Below are positions 22,233 through 32,318 of a stretch of 64,000 nt of DNA, piece by piece. The stretch's first letter is position 1. The number at the start of each line of letters is the position of its first letter. A program made the translations under genes and the position numbers. Under the pieces are notes generated by a model, which was not told the origin of the DNA, did not search any database, and saw nothing but the letters and a program-made list of their open reading frames with translations. Source of the DNA: Obrimoposthia wandeli. Its lineage: Eukaryota. The DNA is taken from the NCBI GenBank assembly GCA_977020255.1, contig CDROCS010000253.1, positions 434,001 through 498,000 of the forward strand. Reading direction: 5' to 3'.

Positions 22233-23261
22233 GTGATCTCCGATTTAGCTAATTCATTTTTTAAAAAGTACTCTCTTGCGATGGCGATAGTTGCCTTGTT
22301 ATTATTTTTTATTACTGAAGGACAGGCGCAGCAATTGAGTTTTAGTAAAACTCAAGTAAAGCAAGGTTATAACTTTCAATACCAATGGCTCGACCACACC
22401 AAAACAAAACAAGCAATAAGCTTTACTTTAAGTCAACAAGGGTTGTTTGATCGTTTTAGAAATTTTAAAACTTACCAGAATAATTATGCGCAAAAAACGA
22501 TCCTCAGACGTATTAAAAAAGAAATGCAGCGAAATCCTATTCCAGGAGTACAAATACTTTATCGACAGCAACAAGATAACTTTCTAATTGAAGCCAAGGG
22601 CGTAGATAGACACAAGGTAACAAAAGCTTATCAAGCGTTAACTAGACTTGAGAGTGAGGTAACGCAAAAATACCTTAAGGATAGTTATTATCAAGCTTTT
22701 ACCAATCATGAACAGATAAATGGCATTAAAGTAGATCATGTCAATATAGCTAATAATTCGGTTGCTGATTTAAAGCCACTAAAACCATTAATTTTAGACC
22801 ATGTATCAATTCAGGATATTCGAAAGGTCACCAATTATGTATTGAGCTTTGTACAGAGTATTCCTTATAGTACTCTTGAGTCTCGTCTTACTTCTTCCGG
22901 TGCCGGTTTTAATCCGCCATTACAAGTATTGTGGGAAAACCAAGGTGATTGCGATAGTAAAATGACGTTAACTGCGGCTTTATTGAGAGCTTTGATGCCA
23001 CGTATTGATATGGCGTTAATTTATATTGATGGCCATGCATTTATTGGTATCAATATTCAAGGGGAAGCAGGAGAAGTAACCATTGAGCATAATAAGGTAA
23101 GGTACTTATTAGCTGAGCCTACGGGACCGGCATTACTGCCTTTGGGTACACTAGCGCCGGAGTCAGAACTAGCAATTAATCAAGGACACTATATTGCCCA
23201 AGATTATCACGAAGTCTTATCTGATGAGAAAGCTGATCTTCAAGCAGAACAAGTAGAGTAG
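22233..23261 (+). CDS. Exported hypothetical protein with a transglutaminase/cysteine-protease-like motif
   Basis: Signal-like N-terminus; QGDCDSK, then GHAF and AEPTG. Confidence 0.65.
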   Translation: MISDLANSFFKKYSLAMAIVALLLFFITEGQAQQLSFSKTQVKQGYNFQYQWLDHTKTKQAISFTLSQQGLFDRFRNFKTYQNNYAQKTILRRIKKEMQRNPIPGVQILYRQQQDNFLIEAKGVDRHKVTKAYQALTRLESEVTQKYLKDSYYQAFTNHEQINGIKVDHVNIANNSVADLKPLKPLILDHVSIQDIRKVTNYVLSFVQSIPYSTLESRLTSSGAGFNPPLQVLWENQGDCDSKMTLTAALLRALMPRIDMALIYIDGHAFIGINIQGEAGEVTIEHNKVRYLLAEPTGPALLPLGTLAPESELAINQGHYIAQDYHEVLSDEKADLQAEQVE

Positions 23262-23319
23262 GCCATTTGTTCATAACAACGTTAGGGAATTAATTTTTAG
23301 TCTATATAGCCGTTGCCAA

Positions 23320-24282
23320 TCAAGATGTATGTTTCAGAGCACTTTGAATGGTAACTGGTATATCTGCGACATGAGCGAGAAAGGTTAAACTCGGTGCAAA
23401 AAAGGCACTACCCGTTTCGGCTTCGGTATATTTAAGTAAGTGGTCCGAGTTACCATGACCATCCCCATGAATCATACTTTTGAGCATAATCTCAAAGGGC
23501 TTAGGTGACTGACAATACGAAACAAAGAATAATCCTTTGCGCTTCATATCACCATAGGGCATGCTTTGTCTTACAATTTCAATACTATTACCTTGTTCAT
23601 CTTTAAGGCTGGTGCGCTTAGTATGTGCTGTCAGCGCCTTATCATCACTATCATATTCAACGTTATCTAGTTTGGTTCGACCATAAACATCTTCTTGTTC
23701 ATGTTCAGCAAGAGAGCCCCAAAGCGTTAAATTATGCTGATACCGTTGAGTATGCAAATAACTACCGCCAGCAAAGTTCATATCATCTTGGTCTTTAACC
23801 AGCGCTACTTCTCGACGATGTAACCCTTGAGGATTTTCAGTACCATCAACAAAGCCAGTTAAGTCTCTGCCATCTAAAAACCTGAAAGCTTGTACTTGTT
23901 CTATTAATTCAACACTATCACCAAGTAATTGACACACCTTAGTGCTGACAATATGATTAACATCGGCACGGTCACTACGAATTTCAATGTAAATATCATA
24001 GCTATTTGTCGGCGCAACTCTGTCATCGCTGTGCATGGCAGGAAATGGCGCTAACAATGCTGGACGTGCTTGAGGATAAAACTCATCCCAATAAGCTTCA
24101 CCAATAGCCACGACTCCAATAAGGTTTGCTTCTGAAAACTGGTCAGAATAATTATCAAATAGCTGGGGTAAACGAGATATTGCTGCACGAATAAAAGCAT
24201 TTTTATCATCTAGCGCATTGAATAATAGATAATTTCCATGAAGGTTTGGTTCAGCGCAAATACCAAATTGTTCTCTAGCCAT
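23320..24282 (-). CDS. DyP-type peroxidase (YfeX-like)
   Basis: RDLTGFVDGTENP (GxxDG), IVRQSMPYG, GSAFFAPS. Confidence 0.9.
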   Translation of the reverse strand: MAREQFGICAEPNLHGNYLLFNALDDKNAFIRAAISRLPQLFDNYSDQFSEANLIGVVAIGEAYWDEFYPQARPALLAPFPAMHSDDRVAPTNSYDIYIEIRSDRADVNHIVSTKVCQLLGDSVELIEQVQAFRFLDGRDLTGFVDGTENPQGLHRREVALVKDQDDMNFAGGSYLHTQRYQHNLTLWGSLAEHEQEDVYGRTKLDNVEYDSDDKALTAHTKRTSLKDEQGNSIEIVRQSMPYGDMKRKGLFFVSYCQSPKPFEIMLKSMIHGDGHGNSDHLLKYTEAETGSAFFAPSLTFLAHVADIPVTIQSALKHTS

Positions 24283-24513
24283 TTTCCATTCCTATTAAGA
24301 TATTTTATTGCAAACTTACATTGTCCGTATTGTACACAATAAATATTATTTTATACCACTTTCATTAAGTTTGTGATCTTGTTGTGTTGAGAGAAAATAA
24401 ATCAAAGCAGTAATAGCTGACTATTGGAGTTCAGAACAACCATGTCTTGAAGTATTTTATCGCACACAGATAAGTAATCATTTATTGCCATTGCTGTAAT
24501 ATGAACTAAAAAA

Positions 24514-25434
24514 TTAAATAACTTTCCATAACCCTTTCTCATTTTTGCACATCAACTCTTTGAGTGTTTCTTTATCCCTGCCAAAGTGATTATTAAAAGT
24601 AAGATTAATACATTGTTGTTTATTACGAGTAGTCTTTTTTCCCTTAATAATTGTGCCACTATTACCACTCTTAACATTTTGCCAAACCGTCTTTGTTTGA
24701 TTGCTATCATTAAGCAAGCCAATAACTTTTTCTTGCATCAGAGCCACATCTTGGGCGGTTAAATACTTAGCAGAACGAGAGTCAACATCCACAATACCAG
24801 TTAAACCAGACACCACTTCAAATGGCAGATTGATTACGCCTTTAAAAAAGCCAGACACTAAACCGCTACTCGCTTCTGAGCCAACAGTCTTAGCATCAAC
24901 AATAGTATTTTCAATACGTGCTAGGTACTCTGGAATATAATCTCTGGAGAGCTCTATTTCCTCAAGGTAACGAGTGGAGTGTGGGCGCCAACGAGCGACC
25001 TCTTCAGTGGTATTATTGGTAGTTTTAACAACAGCATCAACACGCTTAAGTATTGCTGGCATAGACGCTTGTAATTTTGCTAATTGCTGTTCGATACTCG
25101 CGATTTGACTTAGCAATGTTGGTAATTGCCTTGAATAATATTCGCTTTCAACAACCACTTGTTGTACGACAGGAAGAGAAGCCTCAACTTGCGATAAGAT
25201 AGCGGGTGTTTGTTGAGAAACTAATGCCCTCACTTTACCCACTTCTATTCTAACTAAGGCAACTTCATTAACAATATCATCAACTTTAGGGCTAACTAAA
25301 TCGACTGTTTGTGTGGTCTTTTCAATAACACTGATAATAGCAGGCACATGCATTGTGAATTTGAATAAAGACAAGGCTAAAAAAGCAATAGCTAAAGCTA
25401 GCAATGCCTGAGAATAAGAAAATTGTTTCACCAT
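24514..25434 (-). CDS. Hypothetical membrane-anchored helical protein with a C-terminal 17-kDa-antigen-like domain
   Basis: N-terminal TM, long amphipathic helical region, Gly-rich segment, and WQNVKSGNSG...C...C at the end. The ATG at 25434 lies 7 nt after the kinase stop. Confidence 0.6.
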   Translation of the reverse strand: MVKQFSYSQALLALAIAFLALSLFKFTMHVPAIISVIEKTTQTVDLVSPKVDDIVNEVALVRIEVGKVRALVSQQTPAILSQVEASLPVVQQVVVESEYYSRQLPTLLSQIASIEQQLAKLQASMPAILKRVDAVVKTTNNTTEEVARWRPHSTRYLEEIELSRDYIPEYLARIENTIVDAKTVGSEASSGLVSGFFKGVINLPFEVVSGLTGIVDVDSRSAKYLTAQDVALMQEKVIGLLNDSNQTKTVWQNVKSGNSGTIIKGKKTTRNKQQCINLTFNNHFGRDKETLKELMCKNEKGLWKVI

Positions 25435-25441
25435 ACGAATA

Positions 25442-28372
25442 CTATTGCTGCTCAATAAAATTAATTTCATCAATTAAACAATGAGTCAATTCACCAATTA
25501 GTAGGTGTGCTGGCTTATCTGTCATTGATTCTCTCTTAATTATAGCCTCTAACTCTTTTGCTGCCTGGTTAAGCTCAACAAAGCCAAACATTTGTGCCGC
25601 TCCAGCTAAACGATGTGCAAGGGAAGCTATTTTCTTTATATCATCATTGTCGTCATAGAAAACAAGATCTCGTTTATCGTTACTGAGATTGGCTTTAAAT
25701 TCGGCAACTAAATCACTTAAATCAACTTTGGAGAGGCTTTTCTCAGCTTGATGAACAAGCTCATTGGCTGTCAAAGTATTCTCTGCTAACTTATGTAACG
25801 GTTCAGTGAATGAGCTTTCTTTCGTACTAGCAGTGAAGTACTTTGCAATAGTGGTAATAAAGTATTTTCTTTCAATAGGCTTCTTTAAATGTCCAGTAAA
25901 GCCTAGCCCTAAGTATTGGCTAACTTCATGAGACATAGCGTTTGCCGTTAAGGCATAAATAGGTTGATTACAGCCTAAATCCCGTAAGGCTTTAAAAGCC
26001 TCAACGCCATCCATTTCAGGCATTTGAATATCTAATAACACTAAGCGGGGTTGATGCTCAACACAAAGTTTCACCGCTTCCTTACCATTACTGGCAACAA
26101 TAACGTCTAAACCTAAACTCGTTAGTAAGCGGGCAATCAGTCGTCTGTTATCATCATGATCCTCAGCCAATAGAATTTTACCGCTAAAGAATATTTCACT
26201 ACTATCGATATGCGATGAATCAGCTAAGGGTATGACTTTATCGTCAATATTATGCTGACAAGGTAACGTTAAACAAAAACGACTGCCCTCTCCTAACTCA
26301 CTTGTTACTGCGATATTACCCGACATTAATTTTGCTAACTGGTTTGATAAAGTCAGCCCTAATCCTGAGCCGCCAAAACGCCTACTGATACTATTATCCG
26401 CTTGGGTGAATATTTCAAAGACCTGTGCTAAATGCTCTTCACTTAACCCGATGCCAGTATCAGTTACAGTGAAAGCTAGTTGTTCTTTTTGCCAATTAAT
26501 CGTTAGCATTACCTGTCCACTTTCAGTAAATTTGATAGCGTTAGCACATAAGTTAAGCAATATTTGCTTTAACCGTAAACTATCAACCTGAATAATAAAG
26601 GGTGTGGGTAATTGATGTTCAATAATAAAAATCAAATCTTTTTGTTGGGCTTGAGAAGTAAAAGTATGTGATAAATCTTGAATTAATTCGCCTAAATCAA
26701 GTGGCTGAATTTCTAATTCAAATTTATTTGCTTCAATCCGACTTAAGTCCAAAATATCATTGATTAATTCGAGTAAATGCAAACTATTGCCATGGATGAC
26801 TTCAATATCTTCTTGTACTTTATCTTTATCAATATCGTCATGAATAATGGCTTCCGCATGGCCCACAATGGCAGTTAGCGGTGTACGGATTTCATGGCTC
26901 ATATTCGCTAAAAATTGACTTTTAACTTGATTCGCCTTTTCTAATTCTTTGGTTAAACCTTCAAGCTCATGCGTACGTTGTTTTACCCGTAATTCCAACT
27001 CATGTGTTAAGCGTTTTTCAAGGTAACGACGGTAGATAAAAAAGGCCACCACAAGGACTAAAATTAAGGCTAAAATAATAATATTACGTTGCTGCTCTTT
27101 TTTCGCAGATTGTAATATCTGCAGCTTTCTCCGCTGTTCTAAATCAACTATTTTCTGGTTTAGCTGCTCAGATTCAAATGCAGCCAACTTATCATTGAGC
27201 ATGTTGTTTGAGGTAAGAAGATAACTTTTCCCATAACGCTGATGTTCAGAAAGTGCCTTAATAAACTGTTGTTGACTAGCACTAATCAAAGACGATATTG
27301 CCAAGTTTTCAATAAGTAACTTCTGAAAGTTAATTTTGGTGCCTACCGTAGTTGAACGTTCAATATAATGCTCGGCTTGCTCTAGGTCACCGGAAGAGAA
27401 AGAAGCTCTAGCAAGACTCTGTAAACTTCCTGCATAGGCTTTTTGATGGCCAACTTCCTTACTCACAATTAATGCCTGTTGACCATATAACGTTGCTTGT
27501 TCGATATCAAAGGTATCATTATAGATTTCTGACATATTATGTAATTGCGAAGCGATATCATGCTTATAATCATGTTTTTGAAAGTATGTTAAAGCCGCTA
27601 ATATATTTTCCTTGGCTAACTTGAATTGCCCTGAATACCTATAAGCAATACCTAAATCTGCTCTCGCTGTGGCAACACCATGATCATCCTTAAACTGCCG
27701 ACGCTTATTTATGACCACTGTCAGCATATCAATCGCACTATCATAGCGCCTTAAACTAATGTGTAATGCGGCAATATTGTATCTAACATCTACTTTGTCA
27801 ACTTCATCGCCATAACGGGCATATAAGGGTTCGGCAAGTTGGTAATTTACTAAGGCTAAATTTGATTGCCCTAATGAGGTATAAACTAACGCAATGTTAT
27901 TTAATAAATTGGCACGTTCAATGGCAAACATATTCATGCCAATAGTTTGGTTATTGTCATAATAAGCCAGTGATACTTGATAAGCTTTCAGTGCTGATTT
28001 TAATTCACCCTGATAATAAAGCAGTATACCAAGCATCTTATTTGCTTGTGCAGCTAAGCCTAATACATTGGCCCGCACCGCAGTATCTCTTGCCTGTAAA
28101 ATTGATTCAATACCTTGATTATATTTATAAAGGACAAATAACAGCTTACCTCGTTGAAGAAGTATTTCCGCTTGGTCAGCACCATTAAATGTATTGGATT
28201 TAATTAATGTAGATAATGTTGCTAGTGCTTGTACTTTATCTTCTTGCTGGTTAATTGCATGAAGCTTTTTTTGTAACTGACTATCCTGTGCCCAAGTTTT
28301 ATCAACCATTGCTAGACTTGCAACAGTTAGTAAACAAAATAGCAGTATTATTTGTGTTAGGCGTTCGATCAT
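25442..28372 (-). CDS. TPR-containing hybrid sensor kinase (TM-TPR-TM-HisKA-HATPase-REC-Hpt)
   Basis: TPR-like repeats, FLANMSHEIRTP H-box, N/G1/G2 boxes, LLDIQMP receiver, AHRLAGAA Hpt. Start uncertain (28372 or 28390). Confidence 0.92.
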   Translation of the reverse strand: MIERLTQIILLFCLLTVASLAMVDKTWAQDSQLQKKLHAINQQEDKVQALATLSTLIKSNTFNGADQAEILLQRGKLLFVLYKYNQGIESILQARDTAVRANVLGLAAQANKMLGILLYYQGELKSALKAYQVSLAYYDNNQTIGMNMFAIERANLLNNIALVYTSLGQSNLALVNYQLAEPLYARYGDEVDKVDVRYNIAALHISLRRYDSAIDMLTVVINKRRQFKDDHGVATARADLGIAYRYSGQFKLAKENILAALTYFQKHDYKHDIASQLHNMSEIYNDTFDIEQATLYGQQALIVSKEVGHQKAYAGSLQSLARASFSSGDLEQAEHYIERSTTVGTKINFQKLLIENLAISSLISASQQQFIKALSEHQRYGKSYLLTSNNMLNDKLAAFESEQLNQKIVDLEQRRKLQILQSAKKEQQRNIIILALILVLVVAFFIYRRYLEKRLTHELELRVKQRTHELEGLTKELEKANQVKSQFLANMSHEIRTPLTAIVGHAEAIIHDDIDKDKVQEDIEVIHGNSLHLLELINDILDLSRIEANKFELEIQPLDLGELIQDLSHTFTSQAQQKDLIFIIEHQLPTPFIIQVDSLRLKQILLNLCANAIKFTESGQVMLTINWQKEQLAFTVTDTGIGLSEEHLAQVFEIFTQADNSISRRFGGSGLGLTLSNQLAKLMSGNIAVTSELGEGSRFCLTLPCQHNIDDKVIPLADSSHIDSSEIFFSGKILLAEDHDDNRRLIARLLTSLGLDVIVASNGKEAVKLCVEHQPRLVLLDIQMPEMDGVEAFKALRDLGCNQPIYALTANAMSHEVSQYLGLGFTGHLKKPIERKYFITTIAKYFTASTKESSFTEPLHKLAENTLTANELVHQAEKSLSKVDLSDLVAEFKANLSNDKRDLVFYDDNDDIKKIASLAHRLAGAAQMFGFVELNQAAKELEAIIKRESMTDKPAHLLIGELTHCLIDEINFIEQQ

Positions 28373-28580
28373 CAGGTATTTACAGCTCAACTTTCGCTAT
28401 CATGGGATACTGAATCTAATGAGCAGTATTAAGGGATATTATTTATAGCATTAATCGCTATTAAAAAACATCATATCAACAAAGCGTCTTTGCAAAAATC
28501 ATGACTTCAATAGAAAAATAAGATCAAAAATGACGTTACAAGGTATTGGTTTTGTATAACTTAAAACGGTTAACCGCGTT

Positions 28581-28609
28581 TTGACATAATAAATTACATT
28601 ACCTACAAT
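28581..28609 (+). promoter_or_regulatory. Near-consensus sigma70 promoter
   Basis: TTGACA (28581-86), 17 nt, TACAAT (28604-09); AAGGA SD before the ATG at 28656. Confidence 0.75.
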
Positions 28610-28655
28610 TCTACACCATGGCGTTACTTCAGTTTTCTCATTTAAGGATAGCTCT

Positions 28656-28987
28656 ATGATTAAAACATCTGTTGCATTGATACTTGTACTAACGAGTATC
28701 ACCAGCCTACTTACTGATGCATATGACGGAAAAAATCAATTTGTCGAAGTCGAAATTAGATCTTTAGATGGCTTAATGTCCCTATTTAAAAACACCATTA
28801 CACCAGTAAAGATTGGAAAAATGGCGATAGAGAAGTGCCGAGGCTAACATTTAGCGGTGTTAGTGAGCAATGGAAAGTCGCTTCAAGTCATATTCAAGTT
28901 AAACAAAAAAAACAGCTGTTTTTTCGCTTAATGGCACCTTTAGTTTTAATGTCTAATGAAAAATCAAATCAATTTAAACCGCAATAA
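28656..28987 (+). pseudogene. Frameshifted, truncated exported protein resembling the N-terminus of Bax/glucosaminidase-domain proteins
   Basis: The ORF at 28656 has a signal-like start. The -1 frame opens after the A5 run at 28788-92 and reads KHHYTSKDWKNGDREVPRLTF...KKQLFFRLMAPLVLMSNE, stopping at 28985-87. The family call is from recall only. Confidence 0.55.
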
Positions 28988-29017
28988 AAAAAGCAATGTT
29001 TGGTAACATTGCTTTTT
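28987..29017. terminator. Bidirectional intrinsic terminator
   Basis: aaagcaatgtt-tggt-aacattgcttt with A/T tracts on both sides. Confidence 0.8.
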
Positions 29018-29103
29018 ATTGTTCGAACTAAAAGTTTACTCAGGATTTAGCTTCCTCCTTTAACGTTAGTGCTTAACACTAACGATTAACCCAGTGATTA
29101 ATT

Positions 29104-32100
29104 TTAAGCTAGTTCTTTAGCCGTTACAGCTCCCTCAACAAGTTTTTTATTTTTGTTACGCGAAAATATCTTTTTTATGTCTTCGATAATTAAATACAAA
29201 CTTGGTATCAATACTAAAGTTACCACTGTGGCAAATAGCACGCCAAAGGATAATGATACCGCCATAGGGATCACTATTTGTGCCTGCGCACTGGTTTCAA
29301 AGAAGATGATGGGTACTAGGCCAATAAAAGTAGTGATTGAGGTTAACATGATGGCGCGAAAACGCTTTGTTCCAGCATGAATTACCGCATCTTTTAAATG
29401 CTCACCGCGCTTTCTTGCCTTGTTCACAAAATCAACCATCACTAAGGAATCGTTGACCACAACGCCCGATGCAGCCGCAATACCAAACATGGATAAAACA
29501 CTTAAATCTAAGCCTAAGATCATGTGACCAAAGACAGCACCAATGACACCAAAAGGGATTACGGTTAAGATCATAAGTGCTTGTGAGTATGACTTTAGTG
29601 GTATAGCCAAGAGTGAAAATATAATCATGATCGAAATCATTAGATCACGGAGCTGTTTAGCTGCGCCATCCATTTCTTCCTGAATCCGGCCGGACACTTC
29701 ACTTTTCACCAACGGATACTTTCTAAGTAATTCCGGCATAAAATTATCACGAACATCTTTAGCTACTTCAAAAGGTTCAACCTGCTCAGCATCAACAGAT
29801 GCCCACACATTAATAGTACGATTACCATTTTCACGACGAATACGAGTAATACCATCGGTCAAATTAATTTCAGCTAACTCAGATAAAGGCAATTCTGCAC
29901 CATTAGGCGCTTTGATCATAACATCATCAACATGACCAATACTGCTGCGTTGCTCAAGCGGATAACGCACCATAACCTTAACCTCTTCGCTATCACGTAA
30001 AATACGCTGCGCTTCTAAGCCATAAAAGCTATAACTAACTTGCGAAGCAATATCTTCCAAAGTTAAACCTAAGCTATAGGCTAAAGGTTTTAATGAGAAC
30101 TGCACTTCTTTAGCACTGGTTTGGCGAGAATCATTAACATCACCAACACCTTTAAGTGAATTAAGTTTACGTTTCAGCTCTTGTGATGCCGCCATTAACT
30201 GAGCGTCATCCTGACTTTCCAGTCTGAAGGCTATATCACCATCATCACGACCATCGCCGCCAAAAAGATTATCACTAATGGTTAGCGACTTAACACCTGG
30301 GTAATTAGGAATAGCATTACGCCATAAATCGGCAAGTTCAAAAGTGTTGATAGCTCTTTCTTTTGGAATAACTAATTTAACCATCACTTGACCATTAGTT
30401 CTGCTACGTAAATCGACTTGCATATCTTCGATCATTGAACTGCCATACTGCTTTTCAATATCCTGATCTATTTTATGAACAACACTTTCAATGTTTAGTA
30501 AGGCATTTAGTGTGGCTTTTTCCGAAGCATCTACGTTCATTTCCACACTGATGCGAGGAAAATCATGAGGGATTTTAGGCTGACCAACATAGCGTACTAA
30601 ACCACCACCAAATAAACCGGCACTCAACAACATCAAGCTAATAAAAAACATCAGCACTGCATATCGATATTCGATAAACATTACTAAAGATGGTCGATAT
30701 ACATTCTCGATAAAGTTTTTTAACTTAGTATCAATCCATGCACGAAGTCTATCCAATGGATTTTTTGGATTAAATTTTTTCACCTTCATTTTAACTAAAT
30801 GCGCCGGTAAAATAAGTTTAGATTCGATTAGTGAGAATATTAGACATAAAACTACTACCCCACCAATGGCTTTCCCAAAGGCAGCTGATGGACCTTCACC
30901 AAAGAGGAAGGGTAAAAACACAGCAATAGTGGTTAACACTCCAAAAGTGGCCGGCATAGCAACACGCTTAACACCACGAATAACATTGTCAGTAGTATGA
31001 CCGTGCTCTTCTATTTCATCATGGGCACTTTCCCCCATAACAATGGCATCATCAACGACAATACCCAAGACCAATATAAAGGCAAATAAGCTAATAACAT
31101 TGATGGTGACACCAATAAACTCCATTGGCATAAAGAGTAAAGTGCCTAAGAAACATACTGGTAAGCCCATCATTACCCAGAAAGCTAAACGCACCCGTAA
31201 AAATAGAGCCAACATCAAAAAGACTAATATCGCACCACTTTTCATGTTGTCTAGCATCATATTCAAACGGCCATTGAGGTAATAGGTCATATCAACCCAG
31301 GTTTCCAACTGCACGCCTTGAGGTAAAACCAACGATTTATCATCAACATATTTATTCATAATATCAGCGATTTTAGTAATACTCTGATTCTCTGAGGCGC
31401 CGATAAAAATAGTGATAGAATTTTCACCATTAAACTTAGAATACTGCAATCCCTCCTGGAAACCATCATTGATGGTAGCAACATCACCTAACATGACTTT
31501 GGTGCCATCCTCTAAAGTAACAACAGGGAGTTGTTCAAACTCATGGCCACGATAGGCTTGGTTTTCTACCCGTAAGTTAATATATCCATTGGCTGCACGT
31601 ATCTGTCCCGCTGACATATTGCGAGAAAAACTACGTACTGAGTTGGCGACATCTCTGAAACTTAAGCCGTATTCACGTAATTTGTCTTTACTCACTTCCA
31701 CTGATATCTCATAGGCTAAGCCACTATATAACTCAGAAATACTGATCCCAGGTAGCTGTTGTATTTCATTATGAATTTTACGGCCAAGTTCTTTCAACTC
31801 ACCATTAGTTAAATCACCATAAAGTGAAACATACATTACCTCTTGACGAAATTTCTCTCGTTCAACTTTAATACGTTCCATGCCTTCTGGGAAACTTGGA
31901 ATCGCGTCAATGGCTGACTTTACTTCCTCCAGTACAACTTGGGGATCATAATCAAGCTCAACTTCAAACCAGCCGTTGGAATAATTTCGATTAGAATAGG
32001 TTATTACTCGTTTAAGACCTTGCACTGATTTAAGTGCCTCTTCGATCTTAATAGTAATACCTTCTTCAACCTCTTGTGGTGCGGCCCCCGGATATGGTGC

Positions 32101-32316
32101 GGCATATGAAATCCAGTTAAACTCTAGCTGGGGAAACATTTGTTTATTAATGGTTAGTGCCGTTAAACCACCACCAATTAAGATAAAAACCATAAGTAAG
32201 TTGGCAGCGATAGTATTACGGGCAAACCAAGCAATAATGCCCTTATTTGTATCGATATCATCATGAGGTCGATTTAAGTTGTCACTGTCATTATTTGTCA
32301 GGTCATTAGAACTCAT
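29104..32316 (-). CDS. RND efflux permease (AcrB/D/F family)
   Basis: 1070 aa; WFARNTIAANLLM, LGIVVDDAIV (TM4), RFRAIMLTS (TM11). Confidence 0.93.
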   Translation of the reverse strand: MSSNDLTNNDSDNLNRPHDDIDTNKGIIAWFARNTIAANLLMVFILIGGGLTALTINKQMFPQLEFNWISYAAPYPGAAPQEVEEGITIKIEEALKSVQGLKRVITYSNRNYSNGWFEVELDYDPQVVLEEVKSAIDAIPSFPEGMERIKVEREKFRQEVMYVSLYGDLTNGELKELGRKIHNEIQQLPGISISELYSGLAYEISVEVSKDKLREYGLSFRDVANSVRSFSRNMSAGQIRAANGYINLRVENQAYRGHEFEQLPVVTLEDGTKVMLGDVATINDGFQEGLQYSKFNGENSITIFIGASENQSITKIADIMNKYVDDKSLVLPQGVQLETWVDMTYYLNGRLNMMLDNMKSGAILVFLMLALFLRVRLAFWVMMGLPVCFLGTLLFMPMEFIGVTINVISLFAFILVLGIVVDDAIVMGESAHDEIEEHGHTTDNVIRGVKRVAMPATFGVLTTIAVFLPFLFGEGPSAAFGKAIGGVVVLCLIFSLIESKLILPAHLVKMKVKKFNPKNPLDRLRAWIDTKLKNFIENVYRPSLVMFIEYRYAVLMFFISLMLLSAGLFGGGLVRYVGQPKIPHDFPRISVEMNVDASEKATLNALLNIESVVHKIDQDIEKQYGSSMIEDMQVDLRSRTNGQVMVKLVIPKERAINTFELADLWRNAIPNYPGVKSLTISDNLFGGDGRDDGDIAFRLESQDDAQLMAASQELKRKLNSLKGVGDVNDSRQTSAKEVQFSLKPLAYSLGLTLEDIASQVSYSFYGLEAQRILRDSEEVKVMVRYPLEQRSSIGHVDDVMIKAPNGAELPLSELAEINLTDGITRIRRENGNRTINVWASVDAEQVEPFEVAKDVRDNFMPELLRKYPLVKSEVSGRIQEEMDGAAKQLRDLMISIMIIFSLLAIPLKSYSQALMILTVIPFGVIGAVFGHMILGLDLSVLSMFGIAAASGVVVNDSLVMVDFVNKARKRGEHLKDAVIHAGTKRFRAIMLTSITTFIGLVPIIFFETSAQAQIVIPMAVSLSFGVLFATVVTLVLIPSLYLIIEDIKKIFSRNKNKKLVEGAVTAKELA

Positions 32317-32318
32317 TA

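Noticed and set aside
23320-23380. Encapsulin targeting peptide at the DyP C-terminus
   Set aside because: No GSLxIGSL-like motif, and no encapsulin gene nearby.
28785-28793. Programmed -1 frameshift at TTTAAAAAC
   Set aside because: In the ORF's frame it is not an X-XXY-YYZ heptamer, and the product would still be truncated. A simple indel is more likely.
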